From NCBI RefSeq assembly GCF_036365525.1, contig NC_090371.1:51277654-51341653 (forward strand): 64,000 nucleotides of DNA, given 5' to 3'. Source of the stretch: Heterodontus francisci (lineage: Eukaryota). Every line of letters begins with the position of its first letter. Position 1 is the stretch's first letter. A model generated the notes under the pieces. That model did not search any database and was not told the origin of the DNA. It saw only the letters and a program-made list of their open reading frames with translations. Positions 27,030 to 40,139 of the stretch are shown piece by piece. Made by a program: the position numbers and the translations under genes.

Positions 27030-27360
27030 ACCTCGGAGTCATATTTAACCTTGAGATGAACTTTGAACCACATATTCCCACCTAAAACTTGCCTATTTCT
27101 ACCTCTGTAACATCGCCATTCTCCATCCATGCCTCAGCTCTTCTGCTTAAACCCTCATCCATACCTTTGTTACCTCCAGACTTGACTATTCTAGTGCACT
27201 CCTGGCCAGCCTCCCATACTGTACCCTCTAAACTTGAGGTCGTCCAAAACTCTGCTGCCTGTAATAAAAACAGAAAGCTGGAAATCCTCAGCCGGTCAGC
27301 CAGCACCTATGCAGAGAGAAGCAGAATTAATGTTTCAGGTCTGTGACCTTTCATCAAAAC
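27030..27360. mobile_element. L2 fragment (+) joined to a Penelope-terminus-like fragment (-)
   Basis: LGVIF and IHTFVTSRLDYS-type L2 coding, followed by aaagctggaaatcctcagc...gtttcaggtctgtgacctttcatca. Confidence 0.6.
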
Positions 27361-27829
27361 GTTCCGATCATTGACTTAGAATCATTTGACAGCAACTTCT
27401 AGATTTTTGTGTTTTAACTGCACATGTGTGCACTCCAGAAGTTGCTGTCAGTTTCAGAAAAGTAATGAGAACAGTAAATGCTGACAGTTTCGCCATCATT
27501 ACTATTTCAAAGTCTAGGCCATTGTCTGAACTTCCCTGTTGCTTAAACCATTATCAGGTCATTTAACCCTTGCTGTTTCTGGATTGTTGCTGTGGTAAAT
27601 TGGCTGACATACTTCAAAATTACTTAATTTCACTGTGAAAGGCTTTGGGATGCTATGAGACCATGAAAGGTGCTAAATTAACTGCAGTCTTTTTTTTTCA
27701 CTCTTTATTTTCGGCTTCTGAGTCTGGCAAAAACTTGCTTTTGATTTTCTGTTAAAAACCTGACTCTATGCTTTTGTCGTCTTTTTCAATCTCTGTTCAT
27801 AACTGGGTTGGGGAAGTATTTAGTCATTT

Positions 27830-29385
27830 ATGGCATAGAAGGCCATTCGGCCCTTCAGGTCCACGCTGGCTCTCCACGAAGCAATCCAGTTAGTGTCAGT
27901 CCCCCCCTTTAAGTCTCCATCCAATTTCCTTTTGAAATCATTGATTGCCCGCAAGAGTGGTGGAAGTGGAGACAGCGAATTCTAGGTCATTACCACTCAC
28001 ATGAAAAAAAGTTCTTCCTCACATTTCCCCTGCATGTCTTGCCCAAAACCTTTAAATCTGTGTCCCTTCGTCCTTGTACCATCGGTTAATGGAAACAGTT
28101 TTTCCTTGTTTAACATCTAAGCTTTTCATAATCTTGTACACATCCATCAAATCTCTACTCTTCTTTGCTCCAGGGAGAACAACCCCAGGTTTTCCAGCCT
28201 AATCTTGTTACTAAAATGCTCCATCCCTGAAACCATTCTGGTAAATCTCCTCTGCACCATCTCAGGGACCCTCACATCCTTCCTAAAGTGTGGTGACCAG
28301 AACTGGAAGCAATATTCCAGTTGGGGCCTAAACAGAGCTTTGTAAAGGTTCAGCATAATGCCCCTGCTTTTGTACTCTATGCCTGTATTTATGAAGCTCA
28401 AGATCCCATATGCTTTACTAACCACTTTGTCAGTATGTCCTGCTACCTTCAAAGATTGATCCATGTGCATCCCTAGGTCCCTCTGTTCCTGCACACTCTT
28501 CAGAACTGTGCCATTAAGTATATATTGCCTCACCCTATCCCTTCTGCCAAAGTGCATCACCTCACACTTATCAGGATTGCATTCTATCTGCCACCTCTCT
28601 GCCCATTCTGCTAGGTTATCTATGTCTTGTTTCAGGCAGTTCATATCATTCTCACTGTTGCTACTCCAAAAGTTTGGTATTATTGGCAAATTTTGAAATT
28701 CTACTCTGTATTCCAAGATCCAAGTCATTTATATATTGCAAAAAAAAAATTAGTGGTCCTGGCACTAACTCTTGGAACAACACTGTCTACTATCCTCCAG
28801 TCTGAAAAACAACCATTTATCATGACTCACTGTTTTCTCTCCTTAAGCCAATTCTTTTATCCAGTTGGACACTGACCCTCCTATTCCGTGAACCTCAATT
28901 TTGTTAACCAGCCTTTTATGTGGTACTTTATCAAATGCTTCCTTGAAATCCATATAAACAACATCCACTGCATTCCCTTCATCAACCTTCTCTGTTACTT
29001 TATCAAAAAATTCAATTAGATCAGTCAAGCATGATCTGCCTTTTACAAATCCGTGATGGCTCTCCTTCATTAACTCGAACCTCTCCAAGTGTCTATCGAT
29101 TTCTTCCCTAATTATTGTTTCTAAAACCTTATCCACCAATGATGTTAAACCAACTGGCCTACAGTTACTAGGACTGTCCTTGCACTCTTTCTTGAATAAG
29201 AGTGTTTCATTTGCCAGAGTCGAATCCTCTGGCACCTCTCCATATCCAGTGAAGATTGGAAGATTATGGCAAGCCCTTCCACTATCTCCATTCCCACTTC
29301 CTTTAGCAACCAGGGATGCAAGCCATCTGGACCAGGTGACTTATCTACCCCAAGCATAGCCAGCCTTTCCAGTACCTTCTCCCTC
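27830..29385 (-). mobile_element. CR1 (HER1-like) LINE ORF2 3' half
   Basis: DKSPGPDGLHP, YMDFKEAFDKVPH and QLEYCFQFWSP peptides. Confidence 0.9.
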
Positions 29386-29586
29386 ACTTTTTTTTATTTC
29401 AACTACCTAAAATAACTTGTGTGAATACACATTTCTTCAAAAACCCAACATTTAAATGTAACTTTTTTCCAAATCTTTTGTGATTTGAAAATAAATCCCA
29501 AAACATGACTACTTTGAAAGAAAACGTCGTGGTAGAGTTTCCAATGGTCTATTTGCTTTGTTACTGATGTATTGTTTGTTTTACAG

Positions 29587-29689
29587 GGGAGGTGTCTTTT
29601 TGCCAGTGGCAGTCCATTTAGCCCAGTGACTCTACCAGATGGACGTGTATTTCAACCAGGACAGGGAAATAATGCTTACATCTTCCCTG
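29587..29689 (+). CDS. ME2: ME2 coding exon (103 bp): [34 protein letters not shown](G)
   Basis: tacag| acceptor, |gttagt donor. FASGSPF and [12 protein letters not shown] motifs. Confidence 0.96.
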
Positions 29690-30316
29690 GTTAGTGTGAC
29701 ATGTTTGACCCTATGCTAGCTTAAAGGTCTTTGTTCTGGATTTAAAATCTCACCATCCTATCTCAAATCTTCAGTTAATTTGTTTGTGTCTGTCTGTTAT
29801 ACTTTGAAAATAAATTGTTTGTTGCCCATTGTCAACGCACCCTGCACTCTAAAATTCTCTCCCTAAATCAGATCGTACTGTCAAGCTTTCCTTCACCCAC
29901 AACGAATAGCATTTCTTTTTCCCTCCTCTAGTGTTGCTTTTTTTTCCCTTGAGTGTTCATAGATGTTTTTGCATGTGGAGAGCTATGCAAATGTTCTTTT
30001 GGCCTTTTTTAGCCTACTTTTCCATCATCGTTTTGGGTCTCTTCTCTCATCGGGGTTTTGCTCTGCTTATGACAGTTTGAGGTGCACTGGTAGGTCTGGA
30101 AGGAAATGCAGAATTAGCATACAAATTCTAAGTTTTTTGCCAGTTTATAAACTAGGAATTTCAGCGTTCTGAAATAAAAGTAAAGCTATTACTAATTCAT
30201 ACATATTTTAGGAAATTCTTGTCTGCAATGGAAATCCTTTATAAATAAAATGTAGATCTTCATAGTATTATCTGTAACTGTGTTTACAGTTTTATGTATG
30301 TAACATGGTTAGATGG

Positions 30317-30820
30317 AATAAAAGCAGAAAATTCTGGAAATACTCAGATTAGGCAGCATCAGTGGAGAAGAAACAGTTAACATTTCCGGTTGATGACTTT
30401 TTGTCATAACTGGAAAAAGTTAGAGATCTAACAGGTTTTAATGAAGTACAGAGGAAGGGGGAGGGGGTGAAAGAATAAAAAACAAATCTGATGGGGTGGA
30501 AGGCAAGAGTTATTTCCGTTTACATGTCCTCTCGACACCTCCTTTGTTTCTTTACTTGTCTCATTACCATCTCCTTTTGTGTTGCACCATCATCTCTTTC
30601 GTCATTTAATTTCTCCTGCCTTCCACTCTATCTCAGACCTTCCTTTTGTTCTGCACCCCCCCCCCCCCCCCACCCCCGCCACTGCTCCTGTACTTTCTTA
30701 AAACCTGTGACCTCTCCAGTAGCTCATTGCTGATTTTAAAAATGTCATCGACCTGAAACGTGAACTCTGTTTCTGAATCTACAAATGTTGTCTGACCTGC
30801 TGAGGATTTCCAGCATTCAT
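30317..30820. mobile_element. Penelope-like element remnant with inverted terminal arms
   Basis: Left arm (ctggaaatactcag...gttaacatttcc) and right arm (gaaacgtgaactctg...ctgaggatttccagca) are inverted. Confidence 0.65.
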
Positions 30821-31015
30821 ACTAATTTGATTTTGTATCTGGTTACATGGCTCTGATTAAACATAAGAAAATGGACTTTTAATGAGGTGTAATGAGTATT
30901 ACATTCTGAATTTTTCCCCCAAGCCTAGAAAATGGCTATGGAGGGTTTCTATTTCCTTGCTTTTAGCTTTTGTCCAATAATACTGCTGCCATGAAGTTGT
31001 CTGTGTTTGTTGCAG

Positions 31016-31086
31016 GTGTGGCGCTGGCTGTAATGCTTGTTGAAGCTCGTAATATCAGCAGTCAAGTTTTCTTGGAAGCCGCAGAG
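31016..31086 (+). CDS. ME2: ME2 coding exon (71 bp): (G)VALAVMLVEARNISSQVFLEAAE
   Basis: tgcag| acceptor, |gtttgt donor, phase-consistent with both neighbours. Confidence 0.93.
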
Positions 31087-32395
31087 GTTTGTGGTGAAAA
31101 AAAGACTGCAATAGCGATTCTACAAGTCCATATGTTTTCTTGCAAAGCGTCTATTATTTAAGCTTAACTGATGGGAAATCTGGTAGAGGTAAAAGTTTAA
31201 CATGGGCATCCTAACCAGAGGCTAAATCTCTTCAATTCCCAGCCAGTGATCATTTTCCAGCTGTCAGTGGGATTTTTGTTTTCGTCAAGGCTGCGAATGC
31301 TGGGGAATGAAATAATTTTGGGTATCCAGTGGTGACTCCCAGGTCTGGTAAAGACAACTATGTGCTAAGCTCTGTCTACTGTACCCAACCAACATATCTT
31401 AGCCCTAACCTAGGGTGAGTTTGAATGTGCAGAAAGACCTTTTAATTGAATTGTCTTATAATCTTGTAAAGAAAATACTTGCCTCTCCCTGAAGAACCAC
31501 CAATGTCAATTTCCTGCGCTAGCCATTTTTGTGGTACAAATTCATTGCACTTTGAATTCCAAAATTCTAACCTTGGTGCTTGGGAGGAAGGAGAATAGTA
31601 TACTAATATCCCAAAATCGTCTTTTCAATCTGATTTCCACACTGCACCCCATCTCCATGTTGAATTTAACTATAATTTGGAATTTGAAATACAACCACCT
31701 CTTGAAATTAATTTTAAATTCAAGATTTAATTTCAAAATTGTGGGGATGATTTTAATGTTACCTGTCTGGCAGAAAATAGGCTGGTTACTTACTGAACTG
31801 AAAGATGCTACAATCCCATCGTTTGAGATTTTAACCTGTATAGTTATGGGTACTGAGCAGCTGGCCAGGACAACTGTCCAAATTCAGCAGTGTGCTTCTT
31901 TACATTTATATGTCAGATCCCAATGATATAATCGGGACCTGATTTAACAGGTCTGAGCGGGGAAGCCACTGTGGCATTTCCCCCACTAGATAAAAGTCCT
32001 GGAGGACCTGTGAGGAAAAAGAAGTCAATAAAGGTAAGTCTGTGCTTTTTGGTGGTCTAGTAAGAAGGAGCCCTCCCCTTCACAAATGCAAAACCCTTGT
32101 GAGATAGCTCTGGAAGCCACTACCTACCATCTGTTACTGGACAGCTTCTGGACCGCATATTTTTCTGCTCATTCGGAATTAAAAGTCAAGGCATAGTAGA
32201 TTGAAGATATAATTACTCAGTAGCACTAATACTAATTCCAGTAATCACAAGTAATTGGCTTATAGTTGAAGCCATTTAGTCAATGGCAAAATGTCAGCAG
32301 TGCCCTCCTGAAATTCAACTATGGTTGCAGTATAGTAAAATGGTTAGTTTGTGTTTTGTATTTGTCCTACGATTCTTCATGTAACTTTTATGCAG

Positions 32396-32494
32396 GCACT
32401 GGCTGAGCAGGTGACCAGTGATGAATTAGCCCAAGGGTGCCTTTATCCACCACTATCCAATATCCGTAAAGTCTCCATCAGCATCGCAGTTAAG
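32396..32494 (+). CDS. ME2: ME2 coding exon (99 bp): [33 protein letters not shown]
   Basis: tgcag| acceptor, |gtgagc donor, G.LYPPL..IR.VS motif. Confidence 0.95.
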
Positions 32495-32855
32495 GTGAGC
32501 ATCCTTATTACTTGGAAGTGTATAGACAAAAATATTTGTTTCTTTACTATATCAAAATGTGGCGGGAAGTGTTAAGAGCGAGGTAGGAGGAGTGCACTGT
32601 TAATTCAGTCCCACTTCTCCGCAGGTTGCAACATAATCTTTAAAGTTTTCCCACTTGTTGAAACAAACAGATATACTATTGTCCCCAGAATATAACACAC
32701 TAACCAGGTTTCTTTACTGAAAAAAAAAATTAACTATTATAAAACAAGTCTTAACGAGTAATGAAGTAAAACAATGTCTCATATAATTATCACACAATTT
32801 TTTAAAATCCAACATTAAATTTTAAAAAGTCCCCTTTATCTTAGTCCCTTCACAC

Positions 32856-33058
32856 TGGCCGGAGAGAGCGGGGAGGGTGGAGGAGAGTGCACTCGCTTCC
32901 CCGTGTTACGCGATGACGTCATCTGCGTTTGCGCCAGCCAGTCCTGGCAATGCGGAACGTCACGCATGCGCAGAGAACAGGAGCCCGTTTGCGCATGTGC
33001 GCAGCTTGGCGCAGTCTGATGACGTCAGCGGCCGGCTGCGTTGTCAAGAATCACTTTG
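32856..33058 (-). mobile_element. Terminal fragment of the CAAAG-ended DNA element family (see 55336-58200), inside the 3' LTR
   Basis: The reverse complement of ~32904-33058 aligns with 55336-55490. Absent from the sister LTR. Confidence 0.8.
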
Positions 33059-33846
33059 TAAAACAAAAGGATTTTTAAATCAGCTCTATTAGAGACACAG
33101 AAACTCACCTGAGCAGATCACTTGCCCACCCCTGAAAAAAAAAGCAGATGAGACACGCTGCACCAAACTGGCACACAGTCCAATCTCTGAGCACACGCAG
33201 TCAGGATCTTTAAAATCTTTCAGAATTAGTTCTGTTCAGGTGGCGTTGAAAAATAATTTAGCAGGCCTTCTTGAAATACTGGAAACAAGACAAATTGACA
33301 AACTGAACTTCAGAGTCTTTTAGGGAATTGCAAGAAGCAAGCTGGGTTGTAGTTTTCTGTTCTTTCTTGGAATTCTCTTCTCCTCCTATCCTTTTTTGAC
33401 ACTTTAGCAGCACTTGACATTTTAAAAAGAAACATTCAGCAAGAATCTGGTCTCTTCTTCCAGAAGGTAGAACACACACTGACTCATAACCAGAAAGCTT
33501 GATAGTTTTCTGCTCACCCAGATGTTCTCTGTTATCACTGGGCTTGTCCAATCAAAGGAGCACTTGTCAGTTTTCTGCCCCTGTTGCCAGGGTTTCTGTT
33601 CGAAGCCTCACCCGAGCCATGTGACAACCAGCAACATTGTTGCCAATCTGGCCCTCACTGTCCTCTTGATTAAAAAAAATGTATTTAGCTTAACTATAAA
33701 TTCCTTTTTTAAAAAATAAAAATATTTTTAACAAAACAGAGTAACCTTCATAATACCTCCACCCTTGGAGGAATGAAACACCATTTTTAAATGTGTTTCA
33801 TTACAAAGTGTGGGGAAAATAGAAAACACATTTTCACATTTATATT

Positions 33847-35033
33847 CATCAGACCCCTTTCCTATCCTGAGTGGTGTGAAACAGGGCTGTGTTCTCACAC
33901 CTACACTGTTTGGGATCATCTTCTCCCTGCTGCTCTCACATGCGTTCAAGTCTTCAGAAGAAGGAATTTTCCTCCACACAAGATCAGATGGCAGGTTGTT
34001 CAACCTTGCCTGTCTTAGAGCCAAGACCAAAGTACGGAAGGTCCTCATCAGGGAACTCCTCTTTGCTGATGATGCTGCATTAACATCTCACACTGAAGAA
34101 TGTCTGCAGCGACTCATCGACAGGATTGCGGCTGCCTGCAACGAATTTGGCCGAACCATCAGCCTCAAGAAAACGAACATCATGGGACAGGACGTCAGAA
34201 ATGCTCCATCCATCAATATCGGTGACTACACTCTGGAAGTGGTTCAAGAGTTCACCTACCTAGGCTCAACTATCACCAGTAACCTGTCTCTCGATGCAGA
34301 AATCAACAAGCACGTGGGAAAGGTGTCTGCTGCTATGTCCAGACTGGCCAAGAGAGTGTGGGAAAATGGCGCACTGACATGGAACACAAAAGTCCGAGTG
34401 TATCAAACCTGTGTCCTCAGCCCTTGCTCTACGGCAGCGAGGCCTGGACAACGTATGTCAACCAAGAGCGACGTCTCAATTCATTCCATCTTGGCATCAG
34501 GTGGCAGGACCGTATCTCCAACACAGAAGTCCTCGAGGCGGCCAGCATATACACCCTACTGAGCCAGCGGTGCTTGACATGGCTTGGCCATGTGAGCCGC
34601 ATGGAAGATGGCAGGATCCCCAAGGACGCATTGTACAGCGAGCTCGTTCACTGGTGTCAGACCCACCGGCCATCCATGTCTGCGCTTTAAAGACATTTGC
34701 AAACGCGACATGAAGTCCTGTGACATTGACCACAAGTCGTGGGAGTCGGTTGCCAGTGATCGCCAGAGCTGGCGGGCAGCCATAAAGGCGGGGCTAAAGA
34801 GTGGCGAGTCGAAGAGACTTAGCTGTTGGCAGGAAAAAGACAGAAGCGCAAGGGGAGAGCCAACTGTGTAACAGCCCCAACAACCAATTCTATCTGCAGT
34901 GCCTGTGGAAGAGTCTGTCACTCTAGAATTGGCCTTTATAGCCACTCCAGGTGCTGCTTCACAAACCACTGACCACCTCCAGGCGCTTACCCATTGTCTC
35001 TTGAGACAAGGAGGCCAAAGAGAGAGAAAGAGA
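33847..35033 (+). mobile_element. RTE-clade LINE, 5'-truncated, nested in the Gypsy element
   Basis: GVKQGCVL..LLFADD peptides, (GA)n tail and probable TSD attcat at 33844-33849 and 35034-35039. Confidence 0.9.
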
Positions 35034-38000
35034 ATTCATGCTCTTCATTCAGATAACTTGAGCAAAGTTAAATTCTCGATAAAGCATCTGCAATAACATT
35101 ATTTTTACCTACAATGTGGATAATCTTCAAGTGATAAGGTTGTAACAGTAAACTCCATGGGAATAGTCTGGCGTTCTGATTTTTTCAATGAAGACTGTCA
35201 CCAAATCAGTTGCCTACAACCCTCCAAACAGAGCCCCCAAGTTGTTCCAATTAGAGAATTGGATCGGAGTCTGTCTTTGTTATTGCATTAACTTTTCTAT
35301 AATCTACACAGTCTAGTTGAACTGTCCGGTTTAGGCACTTATATGACTGGTGAACTCCAGCTGCTTTGACTCTGTTCTCCAGCATGTATTGGATTTCTGC
35401 TTTTACCTGGGCCTGTTTCTCTGGACGTAAGCGATAAGGATTTTGTTTTATAGGAAAGGATTCCCCTACATCCACGTCATGTGTGGCTAAGGTTGCACAT
35501 CCTAGCTTATCCCTACAGACTTTTAAATGCTGTGAGTAGCCTTGTTAGATCGTCTCGTTGGTTTGCATCTAATACATGAAATTCAGTTTGCATGAAATTC
35601 AGTATTAGCTAACCGGATAGTAGGAGGTTCAGTTTGAGAATTGTCTAGGCCTCCTTCTGCCTCATCATCACTATCCCTTTCATCCTTCACCTGACATATC
35701 TGTGCTTGCTTATCCTCCTCCCGGCGATGATATTGTTTTAACATAATATGACAAAGCCGATTCTTTCTCCGGCAATCTGGGGTGTCAATCAAATAATTTA
35801 CTTCACCAATTCTCTTGACTGCTTTATATGGGCCACTGAACTGTGCTTTGGTCTTCCGGATCCCCCATATGTCCCGCTAGAGGAATCCCATGTGCTAACC
35901 TTAATAGTTCCCAGCGATAATTTGGCGGTGCCACTATCTGATGAACAACCGACCAGTCTTCATCTGCAGATCTGTGAGGAGGTCTCCACTTCCTCATCAG
36001 AACCCAATTTTCAATATAATAGTTTTCTGGAACTTCTTTTACCTCAGCTTCTGTTAAGAGCTGATTGTGCCACCTCCTTCAACTCTGGATCAGCTTGTTG
36101 AGCTGTGATCAGAGACGACTTGTTAAATATTTCATTTGGATTATCTAAATCCCCAAAGAAAGTTTCAGATATTCAGCTATCTGACTATGGTGCCAGTTTT
36201 ACTTTCGACAATGGAACTTGTTTAGCCATTGCTTGGGTTGCTACACAAAAAGGACAAATTCCTGGAACTTTTTCCTGTAACTGTTCTATCTCTTTAACTT
36301 CATTTGGTTTTTCCATGACTACTGGCGAAGCTACTACTTTCGCTCCAGCCAAATCATGCCCCAGGAGTTGGTCAACTCCGTCTACTGGCAAGCTATGGAC
36401 AGCTCCTATATTTACTGTACCAGACATTAGGTCACACTCTAGGTGTACCCAGTACAAAGGTATGGGTATATACTCCCTGCCAATACCATTCACGAAAATG
36501 GTGTTCAATGCACTTTCTGACCTTCTGAAATGTTATGCCTTTCCCCAGCAACAGAGTTTGGGTGTCTCCTGTATCCCTAAGTATAACTATAGGTTTGTTT
36601 ACTTCACTTGAGGGATAAGGAGTTGCTTTTCCTTTCGACAAGAATTCCCGATAATTCTCAGGTATCTTATTCACAACCCCTGCACTCACATTGGTTTTTG
36701 TACTTGGCCTTACAGCTGCAGTCAGAGCTACAACCTGATCTGCTGTACTCTCGGTTAGGGTCCCTTTCTTTGCGTTGGCTTTGTGTACCCCAGTAAGTCC
36801 CATGGGTTTACCCCGCAACTTCCAGCATTCTGCTCGAAGATGTCACACCTTGTGACAAGGGTAACATTTAGGCTTGTGGATCTCACTTCCACGCTCAGCA
36901 CCTTCCTTTCTGGCCTGAGAAGGAGATCCGAGGGCGTTCCCAGCTGTACTTTCTTGTACCCAGCTTACTTGTCTTCCTTTCACTCTCCCACCTTCTATCC
37001 TTCTTGGGTTTGTAGGGATGGCAGACAAAGGGTTTGGGCTTATACACTAACTCATAATCATCAGCAATTTCCACTACTGTCTGGCCTTTGACAACTTCTG
37101 GTTCTTAACATGGGTTCTTACTGTTGGAGGAAGTGATTTTTAAATTGTTCGAGGAGAATTAATTCTCTAAGGTTCTCTTATGTGGCTTCTATCTTTAGTG
37201 CCCATATCCAACGATCAAAATTCATTTGCTTTACCCTCTCAAATTCTATAAAAGTCTGCCCAGCCAATCTCCGGAGGTTCCGAAACTTCTGTCAGTAAGC
37301 TTCAGGGACTAACTCATACACAGCAAGAATAGCCTTTTTTTTTTGCCATCTCATAATCTGCAAAAGCCTCCTCAGAAGGCATGGCATAAACTTCATGAGC
37401 TCTGCCCATCAACCTGCTTTGCATAAGCAGTGTCCTGCTTTCCTTTGGCCATTTCATTTGGCTGTCTTTTCAGAAGAAATTAAAAATGCCCCTATGGCCC
37501 TTTCCTCAAACTTAGGGACAGCTTGTATAAATTTAAACAGCTTTTCACTGGATCTTGGGTTGGACTCAGATTCTTCCTGACCAGAGTTTTCACTGGAGTC
37601 AAGACAACCCCTTTGTCTTAGTTCCAACTTAAAAAAAAAAATTCGAATTCCCTTTTTTCTCTTTCACTTTCTCTTTGAAATTCAAGCTCAAGTCTTTCCA
37701 ATTCTATCGCTATTTCTTTTTCTTCGTTGTTTTCTTCTTTCTCTGTTTCCTGTTGAAGGCTAAGTTTTTCCATTTCTTGTTCCTATGGAAGTTTTCATTG
37801 TAACTGAATTTTAGCTAATTCAACTGCACTACCGTCTGATTTACTGTCATCGTCGTCTTCCAATTTCAAACGTTGGGCTATTACTTCAATTATGTCTGCT
37901 TTTTTAGAACCTGATTTCAATTCTAACCCCAATTGTGCTGTCAAATCCTTTAGTTTAGCCTTGGTTAAATTTTGCAAGTCACTGAGGGATGCCTTCTTCC

Positions 38001-40139
38001 CCAGCAAGTGCTACAGACTTTCGGTGGTGTATGTTTTACTCTGTTACGGAAGAAACCTGGTTCTTTTATTTTTCTTTTTCCAATTATTATTACCCCACTT
38101 GCAATTGTACTTAGTCAACGATTGGTTTATCCCAGAAAAAGAGAGCCCCCAATTAAATATGTTACGACTGAGGCAGGAGAAGTGCACTGTCAATTCAGTC
38201 CCACTTCTACACAGGTCACAACATATTCTTTAAAGTTGTCTCACTTGTTGAAACAGTCAATCAGATACACTATTTCCCCAGAATAGATCATACTAATCAG
38301 GTTTCTTTACTGAGCAACAAAATTAACAGTTTATTATAAAACAAGTCTTAACTAGTAATGAAGTAAAACAATATCACATGATCAAATTTTTAAAAATCCA
38401 ACTTTAAATTTTCAAAGTCTCCTTTATCTTAGTCCCTTCTCTCTTTCGCTCGCATGCGAGTGATATATACACACACACACCAGTTAACCAAAAGAATAAA
38501 AAGAAGGATTTTTAGATCAGAGCTCTATTACAGACAAAGAAACACACCCGGGCAGATCACTTGCCCACCCCTGGAAAAAAAAAACAGCAGATAGATATGC
38601 TGCACCAAACTGGCACACAGTCCAACCTCCGAGCACACGCAAGATCTTTAAAATCTTCCAGAATTAGTTCTGTTCAGATGGTGTTGAAAAGTAGTTTAGC
38701 AGGCCTTCTTGAAATACAGAAAACGAGACGAATTGACACATTGAACTTCACAGAGTCTTTAGGGAATTGTGAGGAAGCGAGCTGGGTTGTAGTTTTCTGT
38801 TCTTTCTTGGAATTCTCTTCTCCTTCTGTCCTTTTTTGACACTTCAGCACTTGACGTTTTAAAAAAAATAACTTTCAGCAAGAATCTGGTCTCTTCCTCC
38901 AGAAGATAAAGCACACACTGATTCACATCCGGAAAGATTGACAGTTTTCTGCCCACCCAGATGTTTTGTGTTACTACTGGGCTTGTCCAATCATAGGAGC
39001 GCCTGCCAGTTTTCTGCCCCTGTTGCCAGGGTTTCTGTTCGGTCTGGAATCTTCATTCTTGCAATTTGTCATCTGAACCTATTTCATAATTGTGCTGTTA
39101 TATATTTTCTTATCCTCTTGGCCCATATCAATTTTTAAACTTATTAATTCTTAGATTCTGGATGGCGCTGACAGGTGGCATTCATTGATCAACCTTAGCC
39201 CTGAGAAGGTGGTGGTGGATCTTGAAATATTTTGTAGTTGATACGTGAGTGGCTTGCTCAGCCACCACAGAGGGTAAAGGGCATCCACTTCATTGTAGGA
39301 TTGAAGTCATGTATAAGCCAGAACTGGGTAAGGACAGAATGGTTTATACGACAATCCACGTGCTTCGTGGCTCTTTTTACTGCCACCTTTTTATTTTTAT
39401 ATTTTGTTTTGATCAGAATTCATCCTGCTCCTGCCATAATAGGATTTAAACTCTAATTTTCTGAATTATAGTTCAAACTTCTGGATTACTAGTACAATAA
39501 ATGTAACAAGTTAAACCTAGTAACATTACCATTATGCTCCTCCCCCACTGCTTAAAGCTTATTAATCTTTCTTTATGGACATTCTTGCTAATTAAATACT
39601 GTTAGCACTTGAAGAGGGAGCTGCTGTGTCAGGTGAGAGTAAAAGATTGAAGAACTTGCATTTATATAGTACCTTTCATGAGCTTGGGACATCTCAATGT
39701 TTCGCAAACAGTGAAGTGCTTTTCAAGTGATTTATTACTGTTTTGTAAGGAAAAAGTGAAGCAAAAGAAAAATCTAAAAAAAAAAAAATAAGCTAATTAG
39801 GAAATCAAAGCGATTTGCTCAGCAATAACCGCTAGGATATCTAAATTCAGAATTAATGTATTGTTATCGCACCAAGTAACCTAAAAGAGGATAGCGTGGA
39901 TTTTGCAATTGTATTGATGGTGAAACTGCCAGCATTCACCATCATTACAGCTGCGAAACTGATAGCAACTTCATTTATCAGCCATAATTTCGTACATGTG
40001 TAGTTAAACTAGAAATCCAGAAATTGCTGTCAGTAATTGTCTGCTCTGGGTGTGCTGTTGAAGTCCCAAAGATGGAAATCTTAGGAATCCCCTTGAGTTG
40101 ATGTGAACTCCATTGGTATCTCTTAAAAACCCTTGAAAA

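Larger units (their letters stand above)
32570..39041 (-). mobile_element. Gypsy (Gmr1-like) LTR retrotransposon, internally deleted
   Basis: Paired LTRs at 32570-33755 and 38160-39041 (the latter truncated at its outer end). tRNA-Pro-like PBS tgggggctc at ~38143-38151 and PPT at ~33756-33768. Gag (ELVPEAY, CCHC knuckle), protease LRDTG, integrase GPY tail, then RT/RNaseH scraps. Confidence 0.88.

Noticed and set aside
32438-32440. GRLYP to GCLYP substitution in ME2
   Set aside because: Plausibly a single CpG transition; I cannot support any functional consequence.
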